The notes: generated by a model from the sequence alone, not told the origin. Positions 8,416-18,574 are shown, counted from the stretch's first letter. The stretch is 63,410 bases of DNA from an uncultured Pseudomonadota bacterium (GCA_902774305.1 CACYHY010000002.1:1-63410); one strand, 5' to 3'. Translations and numbers: made by a program.

Positions 8416-8733
8416 TTAAGATTGTAATTCTTTTATCCATGCGATAACGGTTTCTTCGTCCATCAAACCTGTGCGAGCTTCAACCAAGTTACCATCACGA
8501 AAAGCTAATACGCTTGGAATACTGCGAATTCCAAATTTTGTTGGTGTTGAACGGTTCGTTTCATCTACCTCGAATTTAACGAAATTAACATCAGGTACTT
8601 TTTCCGAAACCGCTTCAAAAATTGGACCAAACATACGGCATGGACCACACCATGTTGCCCAGAAATCTACAAGCGTTAAACCATTTTGTATGGTGTTTTG
8701 AAAGTTTTCGTCTGTTGCATGTTGTAAAGCCAT
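8416..8733 (-). CDS. trxA: thioredoxin
   Basis: 105 aa. Active site WATWCGPCR. Confidence 0.93.
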   Translation of the reverse strand: MALQHATDENFQNTIQNGLTLVDFWATWCGPCRMFGPIFEAVSEKVPDVNFVKFEVDETNRSTPTKFGIRSIPSVLAFRDGNLVEARTGLMDEETVIAWIKELQS

Positions 8734-8806
8734 TTTTTTCTCCTTGGATTGTTGATATTTGGTTTGAGTGTATTATAATCTGTAAGAAAAGCAAGAGTTT
8801 TTATAT

Positions 8807-9925
8807 ATGAATGAAATCGTATACTTAGATGCTGCTGCAAGCTTTCTGAAACCGGAACCTGTTATAGATATTCAGGCTGATTTTTTGCGTCATCATTATG
8901 CTAATGCAGGGCGTGGGGTTTGCGCGCGTGCAATGGCTGTCGATGATATGGTTCGTGATGTCAGGGCAAAAGTTGCAAAATTTATAAATGCTGATGCAAA
9001 TCAGATTGTGTTCGTATCTAATGCTACAGACGGATTAAATCGTATAGCAAAGATTATAACCAGTCAAACATGGTATAAAGAATCGTCTGTGTGTGCGGTA
9101 TCTGATTTGGATCACCATTCTGCGCGTATGCCGTGGCACGAATTGTTAAAGTCGGGGAAAATAAGCAAAATAATAAAATGTGAGTTGAATAAGGATTTTA
9201 ATATCAAAATTGATTCGGTGCCTGGTGTGGATATTCTGGTTGTGACAGCAATGTCTAATGTACTGGGAATACCGCAAGATGTTTCTGAAATTGTGCGTTC
9301 TGCACGTGCAAAAAATCCAGATGTAATTGTTATTGTTGATGCAACGCAATATGTCGTACATAAAAAGATAGATGTGCGCGAATGGAATGCAGATTTTGTT
9401 GTGTTTTCTGGACATAAAATTGGTGCAGATACTGGTGTTGGGGTGATGTATATTCGCGATTCGGAAAGATATGAACCAGATAAATTTGGTGGCGGCATGG
9501 TATCTCGAATAATGAATGATGATAAATGGGTTTTGCAAAGTGCACCAGAAAAATGGGAGGCAGGAACACTGCCGTTGACACAAATTTGTGGGTTAGGTGT
9601 CGCGCTGGATGAATTAGAAAAAAAACGTCCAGATTTAGGTTTGATAAAATATTTGTATGATGAATTAAGGAAAAATCCACGTATCAAAATTTTAACTTCA
9701 CGCGAATCGGCGCTATTGACTTTTTGTGTTGATGGAATGCATGTATTAGATTTTGGTGCGCTGGCAGGTGCAAGTGGTATATGTTTGCGTGTCGGAAATA
9801 TGTGTGCATCATGGATACATCAAGCAATAGGTATAGACGGCAGTATTCGTGTGTCTGTTGGTCCATGGAATACCAAATCAGATGCAGATAAATTTATATC
9901 TGTGGTAAATAATATAGTGAAATAG
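8807..9925 (+). CDS. sufS: cysteine desulfurase (class V aminotransferase, SufS-like)
   Basis: 372 aa. PLP-lysine motif FSGHKIG and a Cys loop RVGNMCASW. Followed by DUF59 and sufE genes. Confidence 0.8.
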   Translation: MNEIVYLDAAASFLKPEPVIDIQADFLRHHYANAGRGVCARAMAVDDMVRDVRAKVAKFINADANQIVFVSNATDGLNRIAKIITSQTWYKESSVCAVSDLDHHSARMPWHELLKSGKISKIIKCELNKDFNIKIDSVPGVDILVVTAMSNVLGIPQDVSEIVRSARAKNPDVIVIVDATQYVVHKKIDVREWNADFVVFSGHKIGADTGVGVMYIRDSERYEPDKFGGGMVSRIMNDDKWVLQSAPEKWEAGTLPLTQICGLGVALDELEKKRPDLGLIKYLYDELRKNPRIKILTSRESALLTFCVDGMHVLDFGALAGASGICLRVGNMCASWIHQAIGIDGSIRVSVGPWNTKSDADKFISVVNNIVK

Positions 9926-9926
9926 T

Positions 9927-10241
9927 ATGGCAGCGAATCGTGATAATATTATAAATGCATTAAAAACTGTGTTTGACCCAGAAATTCCTGTGAATATATG
10001 GGATATGGGGTTGATATATGATATTAAAATTGATGAAAAAAATATTGTTATAGATATGACTTTCACCAGTCCAACATGTCCAATGATGGAAGAATTATTG
10101 GCGCAGGTAAAACAGGTTGTGGAAAATGTGGCAGATGGCGCCAATGTGTTGGTGAATTTAGTATGGGAACCAGCGTGGGATTTATCGCGTATGTCTGATG
10201 CAGCAAAACTGGAATTAGATTTAACAAATCAAGGATGGTAG
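9927..10241 (+). CDS. DUF59 / SufT-like Fe-S assembly protein
   Basis: 104 aa. ALKTVFDPEIPVNIWDMGLIY and FTSPTCPM motifs typical of the MIP18/PaaD/SufT family. Confidence 0.8.
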   Translation: MAANRDNIINALKTVFDPEIPVNIWDMGLIYDIKIDEKNIVIDMTFTSPTCPMMEELLAQVKQVVENVADGANVLVNLVWEPAWDLSRMSDAAKLELDLTNQGW

Positions 10242-10245
10242 TTTT

Positions 10246-10608
10246 ATGTCCTATGAGCAAATGAAAAAAATTTTAGAATCGCTTGAAAATCCAGTTGATA
10301 AATTGGAAATGGTGATGGATTTTGGTGCACATTTAGAGACGGTGCCAAATAATGCGGAGTGTACTGAAATTACTGGCTGTGCATCGCATGTTGAAATTTG
10401 CAGATTAGGTAATCATTTTTGGGCACATGCGGATTCTGGAATTGTACGTGGTATTGTTGCTATTTTATTGGCTATGGTCCAAGATAAAACACCAGATGAA
10501 ATAAAAAAAATGGATTTAGCACAAGAGTTTGCTTCTTTGAATTTGTCTTTGGGGGCGGGGAGATTGTCAGGTTTGAATTCTATGATTAGTTTTTTACAAA
10601 ATTTATGA
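10246..10608 (+). CDS. sufE: sulfur acceptor protein SufE
   Basis: 120 aa. Persulfide Cys in ITGCASHVEI, then ADSGIVRGI and LSLGAGRLSGLNSM motifs. Confidence 0.85.
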   Translation: MSYEQMKKILESLENPVDKLEMVMDFGAHLETVPNNAECTEITGCASHVEICRLGNHFWAHADSGIVRGIVAILLAMVQDKTPDEIKKMDLAQEFASLNLSLGAGRLSGLNSMISFLQNL

Positions 10609-10632
10609 TAGAATATAAATCTGGGATTATGG

Positions 10633-10932
10633 ATGACGGATATGAATGAAGAACAAAAAATGTTTAGGATTGGTGTTTGGTCTCTGGTCGGAATTATCTT
10701 TGTGATTGTCGGCCTGCAGGTGTGTTACAGAACACAACATAAATCCTTGAAATTTACTCATGATGAAATTGTAAAGACCCAGCAACAAATTGCAATAGAG
10801 CAGGCTAAATTTGAATCTATGACAAATTCTGAATATTTACGCGGGATGGTGACTGCGGTAAATCCACGTGTGGAAATTATAGGTTTTCGTAAATATGCAG
10901 AAATTGAAGATTTGCCGTTAAGGAAAAAGTAA
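10633..10932 (+). CDS. FtsL-like small bitopic cell-division protein
   Basis: 99 aa. Single TM followed by a coiled-coil. Lies immediately upstream of ftsI. The call is positional and topological only. Confidence 0.5.
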   Translation: MTDMNEEQKMFRIGVWSLVGIIFVIVGLQVCYRTQHKSLKFTHDEIVKTQQQIAIEQAKFESMTNSEYLRGMVTAVNPRVEIIGFRKYAEIEDLPLRKK

Positions 10933-10935
10933 AAT

Positions 10936-12555
10936 ATGTACGAGATAGGAAAGGATATTTATAGATTTGGTGGCAGAGTCGCAAGACGGCGTGATTTAGA
11001 ACGTTCCAGATTGCGCGTTGTATATGGTTTTATTTATTTGTTGTTCATAGTTTTTTTTGCCAAAACTTTATATTACGGATGTATAGGAACAGATAAAACA
11101 GGTAAAGCCAAAATTGGTGGTGATTGGGTAATTACTCGTGCAGATATCGAAGATAGAAATGGTGTAAAATTAGCTAAAAATGTTGTGTCTGGACATATTA
11201 TGGTGCGTCCTGGTGCGGTCAAAGATGTGGATGCTGTGGCGCAAAAAATTCATGAAGTTTTCCCATACAAATATTCTGTGGCACAGGCATATGATATTTT
11301 GAACGCTAAAAAATTTATGTATTTAAAACAATATGCAACAGATGCAGAACGTAAACAAATCAAAGAAGCAAAATTAGATGGATTAGAGGTTGAAGTGCAA
11401 CAAATGCGTCGTTATCCAAAACATAATTTGTTTGCGCATGTGGTCGGTTTTGTTGGCAAAGAAGGTGATGGATTAGAAGGTGCAGAAAGAATCTTTGATT
11501 CTTATTTGCGTGAAAATACAGATCCATTAAGACTGTCATTGGATACCAGAATCCAAGAACAGTTCCATACCAGATTGTCCGAGGCTGTTCAGAAATATCA
11601 TGCCAAGGGTGCTATGGGAATGTTGATGAATTCGCGGACTGGGGAAATGTTGGCTATGGTGTCGTTGCCGGACTTTGACCCGGAACATGTGTCTGATTAT
11701 CCTGTGGCGAATCGCAGGTTTAAACAATTGCGTGATGTTTTAGAAATGGGGTCTGTGTTCAAAATATTTAATACAGCATTGGCATATGAAAATGGTATTC
11801 GTGGAAAATACTATGTTGAAAAACCTTATATATTGCGAACAAAGAGTGGTAAATATGTGCATACTTTCCATGATGTATCAAAATTTGATAAAAAATGGAT
11901 GGATGTTGACGAGATAATGGTGCATTCGTGTAATGTGGGAAGTGTTCAAATCGCTTTACAGTTTCCAGAAGGGGCACAACCAGAATTCTTGCATAAATTG
12001 CATTTGGATGAAAAATTAGATTTAGATTTTGGTAAGACAGAACATCCTATATTCCCTAAAAAGAAATGGAATATTACGGATGTTGCATCTGTATCTTTTG
12101 GTCATACAGTTGCTGTAACACCAATACATTTATTATTGGGTGTGAATGCGGTCACAAATGGTGGAATTTATATAAATCCAACAATCAAAAAACGTGATGT
12201 TGGACGTATTCAAGGAACACGAGTGTTGTCTGAAGAAATATCTGCAAAATTACGTGAAAATATGGTGCGGGTGGTTGAAGAAACAAGTGGAAAGTTAACA
12301 AGAATAAATGGTATTAAAATCGGTGGAAAAACAGGGACTGCGGAAAAACGTATAAATGGCGTGATTGATAAAAAACGTAATATGACCACTTTTGTAGGTA
12401 TTTTCCCAGCCGAAGCACCACAGTATATAATTATGGTGAATTTAGACGAACCCCAAGGGTTGGCAGAAACTGGTGGATGGAGAACTGCATCGCAAAATTC
12501 TGTGCCAACAGCGGGAAAAATTCTTGATGGAATCCTGCCATTGCTATTTGAATAA
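10936..12555 (+). CDS. ftsI: peptidoglycan D,D-transpeptidase FtsI (PBP3)
   Basis: 539 aa. N-terminal TM, then SVFK (SxxK), SCN (SxN) and KTGT motifs in order. Confidence 0.88.
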   Translation: MYEIGKDIYRFGGRVARRRDLERSRLRVVYGFIYLLFIVFFAKTLYYGCIGTDKTGKAKIGGDWVITRADIEDRNGVKLAKNVVSGHIMVRPGAVKDVDAVAQKIHEVFPYKYSVAQAYDILNAKKFMYLKQYATDAERKQIKEAKLDGLEVEVQQMRRYPKHNLFAHVVGFVGKEGDGLEGAERIFDSYLRENTDPLRLSLDTRIQEQFHTRLSEAVQKYHAKGAMGMLMNSRTGEMLAMVSLPDFDPEHVSDYPVANRRFKQLRDVLEMGSVFKIFNTALAYENGIRGKYYVEKPYILRTKSGKYVHTFHDVSKFDKKWMDVDEIMVHSCNVGSVQIALQFPEGAQPEFLHKLHLDEKLDLDFGKTEHPIFPKKKWNITDVASVSFGHTVAVTPIHLLLGVNAVTNGGIYINPTIKKRDVGRIQGTRVLSEEISAKLRENMVRVVEETSGKLTRINGIKIGGKTGTAEKRINGVIDKKRNMTTFVGIFPAEAPQYIIMVNLDEPQGLAETGGWRTASQNSVPTAGKILDGILPLLFE

Positions 12556-12597
12556 TTTTCAGTTATAATATACTCGATAAGAAAAAAAGAGTATAAG

Positions 12598-14367
12598 TTG
12601 AAAAAGTTAGTAGAAAAATCCATGCTGGGCCAAGCGTGGGTGTTGTCAGAGTGTATAAATTTTGGCGCAAATACGGAAATGACCGATGATCTGGTCAAGA
12701 GCATCTTGGCTGGTCGTGGTATTACTGATGATAAAGAAATAGCAAAATTTTTATCTCCAACAATTAAAGAGTATATGCCTGATCCATTTGTATTGCGTGA
12801 TATGGAGCGGGCTGCAAAAATTATTGCGGATGCAATTTGTGCAAATAAAAAAATTGCTGTGTATGGGGATTATGATGTCGATGGAATTACATCTACGGCT
12901 ATATTTGTGAAGTTTTTGCGGTCATTTGGTGTCGATGTTATGTGGCATGTGCCCACACGTGACGGAGAAGGGTATGGATTAAATATTGCTGCGGTTGATG
13001 ATTTGGTGGATAACGGTGCGCAGGTGTTGATTACTGTGGATTGTGGAATCAGTTGCATTAAAGAGGTAAAACATGCAAAAGAACGAGGAATGTCTGTTGT
13101 TGTAACAGATCATCACTCGCCAGATAATGTTTTGCCTATGGCGGATGCGGTTGTAAATCCTAAGCGGGCAGATGATGATTCTGGGCTTAATTATTTGGCT
13201 GGTGTTGGGGTCGCATTTTTAACTTTGGTTGCTGTAAACAGAGAATTGCGTGGGTGTTTGCATGATGATGAACGGTGCGCATTGCAATCAAAACATATGA
13301 TGGAATATATGGATTTGGTTGCTTTGGGAACGATATGTGACACTATGCCTTTGATTGGATTAAATCGTGCTTTCGTTTCAACAGGCTTAAAGGTTTTAGA
13401 TGGTAGAAAGAATTTGGGACTGCGTGTTTTAATGGATGTTGCAGGTGTCAGACATGCGTCCGTATATGTGGCTGGATTTGTGTTGGGACCGCGTTTGAAT
13501 GCGGCGGGCAGATTGGATTCTGCAAAACCTGCATTGGAATTGCTGTTGACTGATAATCCACTTGTTGCGCGTGCGTTGGCGGAAAAACTGGACCAGATGA
13601 ACAAGGATCGCATTGATATTCAAAATGCAATAATGTTGCATGCATCAGAACAGGCTGAAAAATGTTGTAAAAGTGGTAAATGCAGTGTTTTTGTATGTGG
13701 TGATAACTGGCATGGGGGCGTGATGGGGATTATTGCTGGACGATTAAAAGACAGATATAATCGGCCTTCGTGTGTTGCAACCAAGATTGATGGTGTTATA
13801 AATGGTTCTGGTCGTTCTGTTTCTAATGTCGATTTGGGACGAATTATTCATGAAGCATTGGCGTTGGGTATTGTAACCGAGGGTGGTGGACATGCCGCCG
13901 CTGCCGGTTTTTCATTGACCGCAGATAAAGAAAAAGATTTTTGTGAGTTTTTAGAAAAGTCTGTTATAGAACAGTTGGGTGATAATCCGTCTGTGCCAGA
14001 AATAGTTGTTGATGCGGAATTGGATGCCAGTGGTGCAACAATGAATTTGGTGTCTAAATTATCGGTGCTTGCGCCATTTGGACAGGGAAATCCTGAGCCT
14101 GAATTGGTTTTGAATGGCGCGATTCTGCAATATGCAACGGTTATGGGAAATGGTGCGCATTTACGTGGAATGGTGAAAACTTCACTTGGAACCCAAGTCG
14201 CATTTGTTGGTTTTAATTTGGTTGGAACGCCAGTTGGTAATTTTTTACTGGACGATGCGAATACAAACACTACAATATCTATGTTGGGTAAGTTGAAAGA
14301 TAATGAGTATAATGGTCGGCATACGGCTCAGTTTATGCTTGAAGATATTGCAATCGGTGAATTATGA
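12598..14367 (+). CDS. recJ: single-stranded-DNA-specific exonuclease RecJ
   Basis: 589 aa (TTG start; ATG alternative at 12622). DHH motifs GDYDVDGITS, DCG, TDHH and DHHA1 GGGHAAAAG. Confidence 0.9.
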   Translation: MKKLVEKSMLGQAWVLSECINFGANTEMTDDLVKSILAGRGITDDKEIAKFLSPTIKEYMPDPFVLRDMERAAKIIADAICANKKIAVYGDYDVDGITSTAIFVKFLRSFGVDVMWHVPTRDGEGYGLNIAAVDDLVDNGAQVLITVDCGISCIKEVKHAKERGMSVVVTDHHSPDNVLPMADAVVNPKRADDDSGLNYLAGVGVAFLTLVAVNRELRGCLHDDERCALQSKHMMEYMDLVALGTICDTMPLIGLNRAFVSTGLKVLDGRKNLGLRVLMDVAGVRHASVYVAGFVLGPRLNAAGRLDSAKPALELLLTDNPLVARALAEKLDQMNKDRIDIQNAIMLHASEQAEKCCKSGKCSVFVCGDNWHGGVMGIIAGRLKDRYNRPSCVATKIDGVINGSGRSVSNVDLGRIIHEALALGIVTEGGGHAAAAGFSLTADKEKDFCEFLEKSVIEQLGDNPSVPEIVVDAELDASGATMNLVSKLSVLAPFGQGNPEPELVLNGAILQYATVMGNGAHLRGMVKTSLGTQVAFVGFNLVGTPVGNFLLDDANTNTTISMLGKLKDNEYNGRHTAQFMLEDIAIGEL

Positions 14368-15314
14368 AAAATGAAACAAAAATTTTTTTAGAAAAAATTG
14401 AAACAGCAAAATCTATCCTGCTGACGGCGCATAAAAATTTAGATGGTGATGCGCTGTGTTCAATATTGGCATTATCTCAATTAATCTACTTAAATTATGG
14501 CAAGAATTGTGTTTGTGTTTATGATGGAAATATTCCAGATGCATTTCGTTATGTAACTTTGCGTGGTCGTGTTCGTTTTTTTGATCAGGTCGATTTATCA
14601 AAGCCATTTGATTTGGCTGTTTTGTTAGATTATGGAACTGTCAATAATATTGGTGGTTATCGTAATGCGCTGGATTCTGCAAAGTTTTTGGTCGAAATAG
14701 ATCATCATAAAAATGATAATAAATTGGGTCAGTTGTGTTTGGATGATGATACAGCGGCTGCAACGGCATGCGTGTTATATAATTTGATGATGGATGCTGG
14801 TTGGAAATATGATGATAAGGTTTTGGATTTGTTAGCAATGGGTATCTTGACAGATACAGGCAGTTTCAAATATGCCAAGGACGGTCGGGCTTTGCGGATA
14901 ATGGGTGATTTGGTTGATAAAGGTGTTGAAATTCAAAAGTTATTAGAAACACTTAACAATAAACCGCGTAAAACAATTCAGACCGAGGCTCGTGTTGTTG
15001 CAGATGCAGAATTCTTTTATCGTAATCGTTTAGTGATTGCAGTGGTCGATTCGGCTGCTTATAAAAATTTAGATGGACGTGGTGAAAATGCCTTGGCATT
15101 ACTCGGACAGATAAAAGGTGTTGAATATATTGTTTTATTAAAAGAACAAAAAGAAAATCAGATTGGCGTGTCTATGCGCAGTAAAACGGCACCTGTTAAT
15201 AAGTTCGCTGAACAGTTGGGGGGTGGTGGTCATATGTGTGCCGCGGGTGCTGTGGTGCGCGACAGTTTGGAAAATGTTAAACAACAAGTCATAGATTTAT
15301 TCAAGGGAGTATAA
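14364..15314 (+). CDS. DHH/DHHA1 phosphoesterase (NrnA-like oligoribonuclease / pAp phosphatase)
   Basis: 316 aa. HKNLDGDALCS, EIDHHKN and GGGGHMCAAG motifs. ATGA overlap with the recJ stop. Confidence 0.8.
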   Translation: MKNETKIFLEKIETAKSILLTAHKNLDGDALCSILALSQLIYLNYGKNCVCVYDGNIPDAFRYVTLRGRVRFFDQVDLSKPFDLAVLLDYGTVNNIGGYRNALDSAKFLVEIDHHKNDNKLGQLCLDDDTAAATACVLYNLMMDAGWKYDDKVLDLLAMGILTDTGSFKYAKDGRALRIMGDLVDKGVEIQKLLETLNNKPRKTIQTEARVVADAEFFYRNRLVIAVVDSAAYKNLDGRGENALALLGQIKGVEYIVLLKEQKENQIGVSMRSKTAPVNKFAEQLGGGGHMCAAGAVVRDSLENVKQQVIDLFKGV

Positions 15315-15318
15315 AGAG

Positions 15319-15933
15319 ATGAAAAAGTTTTTTGTGATTGTTTTGTCGTTATTATTATCTGTTTCTGCTAATGCGGAAGTGAATAAAAAATATGTTCAAA
15401 ATGCTGAAAAATATTTGAATTCTGTAACTGGATTATCTGGTGATTTTATCCAAACATCAAATGGTAAGGTTGCAAAGGGTTTGTTTTCTATGTTGCGTCC
15501 AGGTCGTGTACGTTTGGATTATACGAATTCTAAAATTCAATTAATTTCAGATGGCAGTGATTTGTATTTCTTTGATAAATCTTTGGATCAAATTACAACT
15601 GTTCCTTTGACCAGTACACCAGCTGGTATTTTAGTTCGTAAAAAAATCGATTTACAAAATGCAGATATCGTTGTGTCAGATACTTTTGATGGGGGTTCCA
15701 CATTTGCTTTGACTATGTATATGCGTGATAATAAAGGATTGGGCCATATGACTGTTGTATTTGACAAAAGTCCGGTTAAATTAAAATCTTGGACTGTTGT
15801 TGATGCGACAGGGGTCAGTACAGATGTCGTGTTCAGAAATTTAAAACCTAAAACAGATTTTGATAAAAATTATTTTCAAATAAGTCGTCATAAAACAATC
15901 AGCAATGCTGGTGGTGATGATTTCTATGATTAA
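15319..15933 (+). CDS. lolA: outer-membrane lipoprotein carrier protein LolA-like
   Basis: 204 aa. Signal peptide, LSGDFIQ motif and LolA-like length and organisation. Confidence 0.72.
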   Translation: MKKFFVIVLSLLLSVSANAEVNKKYVQNAEKYLNSVTGLSGDFIQTSNGKVAKGLFSMLRPGRVRLDYTNSKIQLISDGSDLYFFDKSLDQITTVPLTSTPAGILVRKKIDLQNADIVVSDTFDGGSTFALTMYMRDNKGLGHMTVVFDKSPVKLKSWTVVDATGVSTDVVFRNLKPKTDFDKNYFQISRHKTISNAGGDDFYD

Positions 15934-15935
15934 AA

Positions 15936-16220
15936 ATGTTTGGTATCAGTTGGGCTGAATTTTTAGTAATTTTATTAGTCGCAATTTTAGTTGTGCCTGT
16001 TAAATATTGGCCTGATGTCGCACGTTGGTTGGCGAGAGTAGTTGGCTATATTCGTAAAATTATTTGGAAAATTACAGATGCATCGGAAAAAATAAGGGAT
16101 CAAATAGATTTAGAAAAGCCTATTGATGATATTATTCAAACCACAACAAAAGATGTTTTAGATGATTTTTCAGAACCAATAAAAAAGGTACGTAAACAGA
16201 AAAAAAGTAAATCGAAATGA
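15936..16220 (+). CDS. tatB: twin-arginine translocase subunit TatB
   Basis: 94 aa. MFGISWAEFLVILLVAILVV-P N-terminus. Directly precedes and overlaps tatC. Confidence 0.8.
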   Translation: MFGISWAEFLVILLVAILVVPVKYWPDVARWLARVVGYIRKIIWKITDASEKIRDQIDLEKPIDDIIQTTTKDVLDDFSEPIKKVRKQKKSKSK

Positions 16221-16930
16221 TAACGAAAAAAATGACTTTGATGGAACATTTTTCTGAATTGCGTAGGCGATTTTTGTGGTGCGTGTTTATATTTTTATGT
16301 GCGTTTGTTTTTGGATGGTATATTTCGCCATGGTGCCAAGAATTTCTAACCATGCCTTTATTGAAAATTTGGGGTGGGGTGTTGTTGTATAATGGTATTA
16401 CAGATGGCTTGATGATACGATTGTCTTTGTCGTTGGCTGTTGCGATGTTAATAAGTTTGCCAACTGTACTGTGGCATATATGGGCATTTGTTGAACCCGG
16501 GTTAAAGAAAAAAGAAAAGAATTTTATTTGGCCTATGTTGATTGCTTCACCGCTTTTATTTTTAACAGGGGCTGCATTTGCGTTTTATGTTTTATTCCCA
16601 TTTGTGTTCGGTTTTTTTATAGAGTTAAATCAATCATCGCCAGTTCCTGCTGTCGTTTTGCCGGCTATGCGTGATTATCTGACGTTTTCGATTGGTTTAT
16701 TAAAGGTTTTTGGAATTGCTTTTCAATTGCCGATAGTAATGATTTTGTTGAACAGAATAGGTGTGTTAAAACGTTCTGTGGTTATATCTATGCGGCGCTA
16801 TGCAATTATTTTTGTGGTAATTATTGCTGCAGTTTTAACACCACCTGATGTGGTTTCTCAGATTTTATTGGCTTTGCCAATGTATGCTTTGTTTGAATTA
16901 AGTATTTTGTTTATGCGTAAAGACGATTAA
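16217..16930 (+). CDS. tatC: twin-arginine translocase subunit TatC
   Basis: 237 aa. Six TM helices. HFSELRRR and TPPDVVSQ motifs. Confidence 0.9.
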   Translation: MITKKMTLMEHFSELRRRFLWCVFIFLCAFVFGWYISPWCQEFLTMPLLKIWGGVLLYNGITDGLMIRLSLSLAVAMLISLPTVLWHIWAFVEPGLKKKEKNFIWPMLIASPLLFLTGAAFAFYVLFPFVFGFFIELNQSSPVPAVVLPAMRDYLTFSIGLLKVFGIAFQLPIVMILLNRIGVLKRSVVISMRRYAIIFVVIIAAVLTPPDVVSQILLALPMYALFELSILFMRKDD

Positions 16931-16984
16931 TTTTACGTAATCAAATAATTGGTTTGTCGGTAAAAATATGGTATAATTTACCTT

Positions 16985-18574
16985 ATGAGAAAGGTTTTTA
17001 ATGCATTTATTTTGTTAATTGCTGGAATTGTAGCAGGGTGTGATTTGCAACCAAAAATCGCGTCTATACCCGATAGTGTTGGTGATTTTATTTCTGAACG
17101 ATATCCAACATTATTGGCGGAACCTGATAGTGAAATTTATAAAACCGCTGTGGCAGATTATGGCGTATACGCATCGCCAACTGTATATGGTAATGGTGAT
17201 GTTACTGGTGAAGATTATGTTTTATATTCGTCTGCGGATGATTATATGATGCCAGCCCAAGATACAGAGATTGCAGCGGATGATGTTGGTATGCCGAGTG
17301 AAACAGAAGATGACGAAGAAGAAGTGGTAACAGAAGATAAAAATGATGAAGAAGAAGAAACAGATGGATATGCGCCAGATACCGATGTTGATGATTTGAT
17401 AATACCTGATTATGTAAATGAAAAACCTGTGGAAAAAGCTGAATCAAAACCAGAGGTTGTTGAACAAAAATCTGAAGTTGAATTTGATGATGCCAATGCA
17501 GAAATGGTGCGTGCACCGGTACGTGAAATAACAATAGAAAAGGGTGATACTTTGTATTCTGTATCACGTAAATATTCTGTGCCTGTAAATGATTTGGCCG
17601 TTATGAATAAGATATCTGCACCGTTTACTTTGTCTGTTGGACAAAAGTTGAAAGTGCCAGACATTTTATCTGTGCCAAAGTACGAAGTAAAGGCAGATAA
17701 ACCTGTGGTCGCTAAAGAAGTAAAAGTAGAACAAAAGACTGTTGCGTCACCTAGAAAAGTTGAAAAAGAAGAAATTAAAAAAACAGAAACAACACCAGTG
17801 AAAAAAGCAGAACAAAAAACGCCGGATGTTCAAAAGACGAAAGTTGAACAGCCAAGAAAGGCGACCGAAACAAAAGTAGAGACTAAAAAAACAGTGCCAG
17901 TTGCAAAAACAGAAACACAGAAAAAGGTTGTTGAGGTCAAAAAGACTGATGCTAAAAAAGCAGAAGTTGGTAAAAAAATAGAAACTAAAAAGGTAGAACC
18001 GAAAAAAACGGAACAGAAAAAAGTTGATGTAAAACAGACAAAAAAGACAGAGACCAAGAAACCAGAGACCAAGAAACCAGAGACCAAGAAGCAAGAGAGT
18101 AAGAAAGTCGAAAAAACTCCTGTGAAGAAGGCAGAACCCAAGAAGCAGGAACAAAAGAAAAAAGCGCGTACCGCACAAAAAATGGTGGCACGTTCATCAT
18201 CCAAATTCTCGTGGCCGGTGCGTGGCAAGATTTTGTCTGGTTATGGATCTAAATCAAATGGATTGTTTAATGACGGTATCAATATTAAAGCAAATCGTGG
18301 TACGACAGTTTTGGCTGCAGAAAACGGTTTTGTTGCGTATGCTGGCAATGAAGTAAAGGGAATGGGTAATTTGGTTATTATCCAGCATGCAGACGGTTGG
18401 ATGACAGTGTATGCTCATATGGATTCTATGTCGGTAAGACGTGGTCATAGTGTAAAAGTTGGCCAAAAAATCGGTACAGTTGGTATGTCTGGAAAAGTTG
18501 ATCAGGCACAATTGCACTTTGAAATCCGTAAAGGAACCAAGGCGTATAACCCGATAAGTTATTTGAAGAAATAG
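16985..18574 (+). CDS. LysM + M23 peptidase lipoprotein (NlpD-like)
   Basis: 529 aa. Lipobox LIAGIVAGC, acidic tract, LysM (GDTLYSVSRKYSVPVNDLAVMN), a Lys-rich low-complexity tract of about 200 aa, and a C-terminal M23 domain (HADGWMTVYAHM...QLHFEIR). Confidence 0.88.
   Translation: MRKVFNAFILLIAGIVAGCDLQPKIASIPDSVGDFISERYPTLLAEPDSEIYKTAVADYGVYASPTVYGNGDVTGEDYVLYSSADDYMMPAQDTEIAADDVGMPSETEDDEEEVVTEDKNDEEEETDGYAPDTDVDDLIIPDYVNEKPVEKAESKPEVVEQKSEVEFDDANAEMVRAPVREITIEKGDTLYSVSRKYSVPVNDLAVMNKISAPFTLSVGQKLKVPDILSVPKYEVKADKPVVAKEVKVEQKTVASPRKVEKEEIKKTETTPVKKAEQKTPDVQKTKVEQPRKATETKVETKKTVPVAKTETQKKVVEVKKTDAKKAEVGKKIETKKVEPKKTEQKKVDVKQTKKTETKKPETKKPETKKQESKKVEKTPVKKAEPKKQEQKKKARTAQKMVARSSSKFSWPVRGKILSGYGSKSNGLFNDGINIKANRGTTVLAAENGFVAYAGNEVKGMGNLVIIQHADGWMTVYAHMDSMSVRRGHSVKVGQKIGTVGMSGKVDQAQLHFEIRKGTKAYNPISYLKK
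18049..18093 (+). repeat. 15-nt coding tandem repeat x3 (ETKKP units)
   Basis: gagaccaagaaacca repeated three times (third copy diverged) inside the Lys-rich tract of the NlpD-like gene. Confidence 0.85.

Noticed and set aside
9112-9687. Long antisense ORFs inside well-supported genes (9112-9687 in sufS, 12210-12704 in ftsI/recJ, 13848-14270 in recJ, 28245-28709 in the autotransporter gene, 47886-48389 in the exported protein gene, 53746-54300 in pgsA, 52125-52445 in dnaJ)
   Set aside because: All lie opposite genes with clear family motifs. They have low-complexity or odd composition and lack start contexts. These are typical shadow ORFs.
17747-18228. Phe/Leu/Cys-rich minus-strand ORFs, and a possible CRISPR-like periodicity, in 17.7-18.2 kb
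   Set aside because: They are the complement of the AAG/AAA/GAA-rich Lys tract of the NlpD-like gene. The repeats are 15-nt in-frame coding units without spacers, not a CRISPR array.
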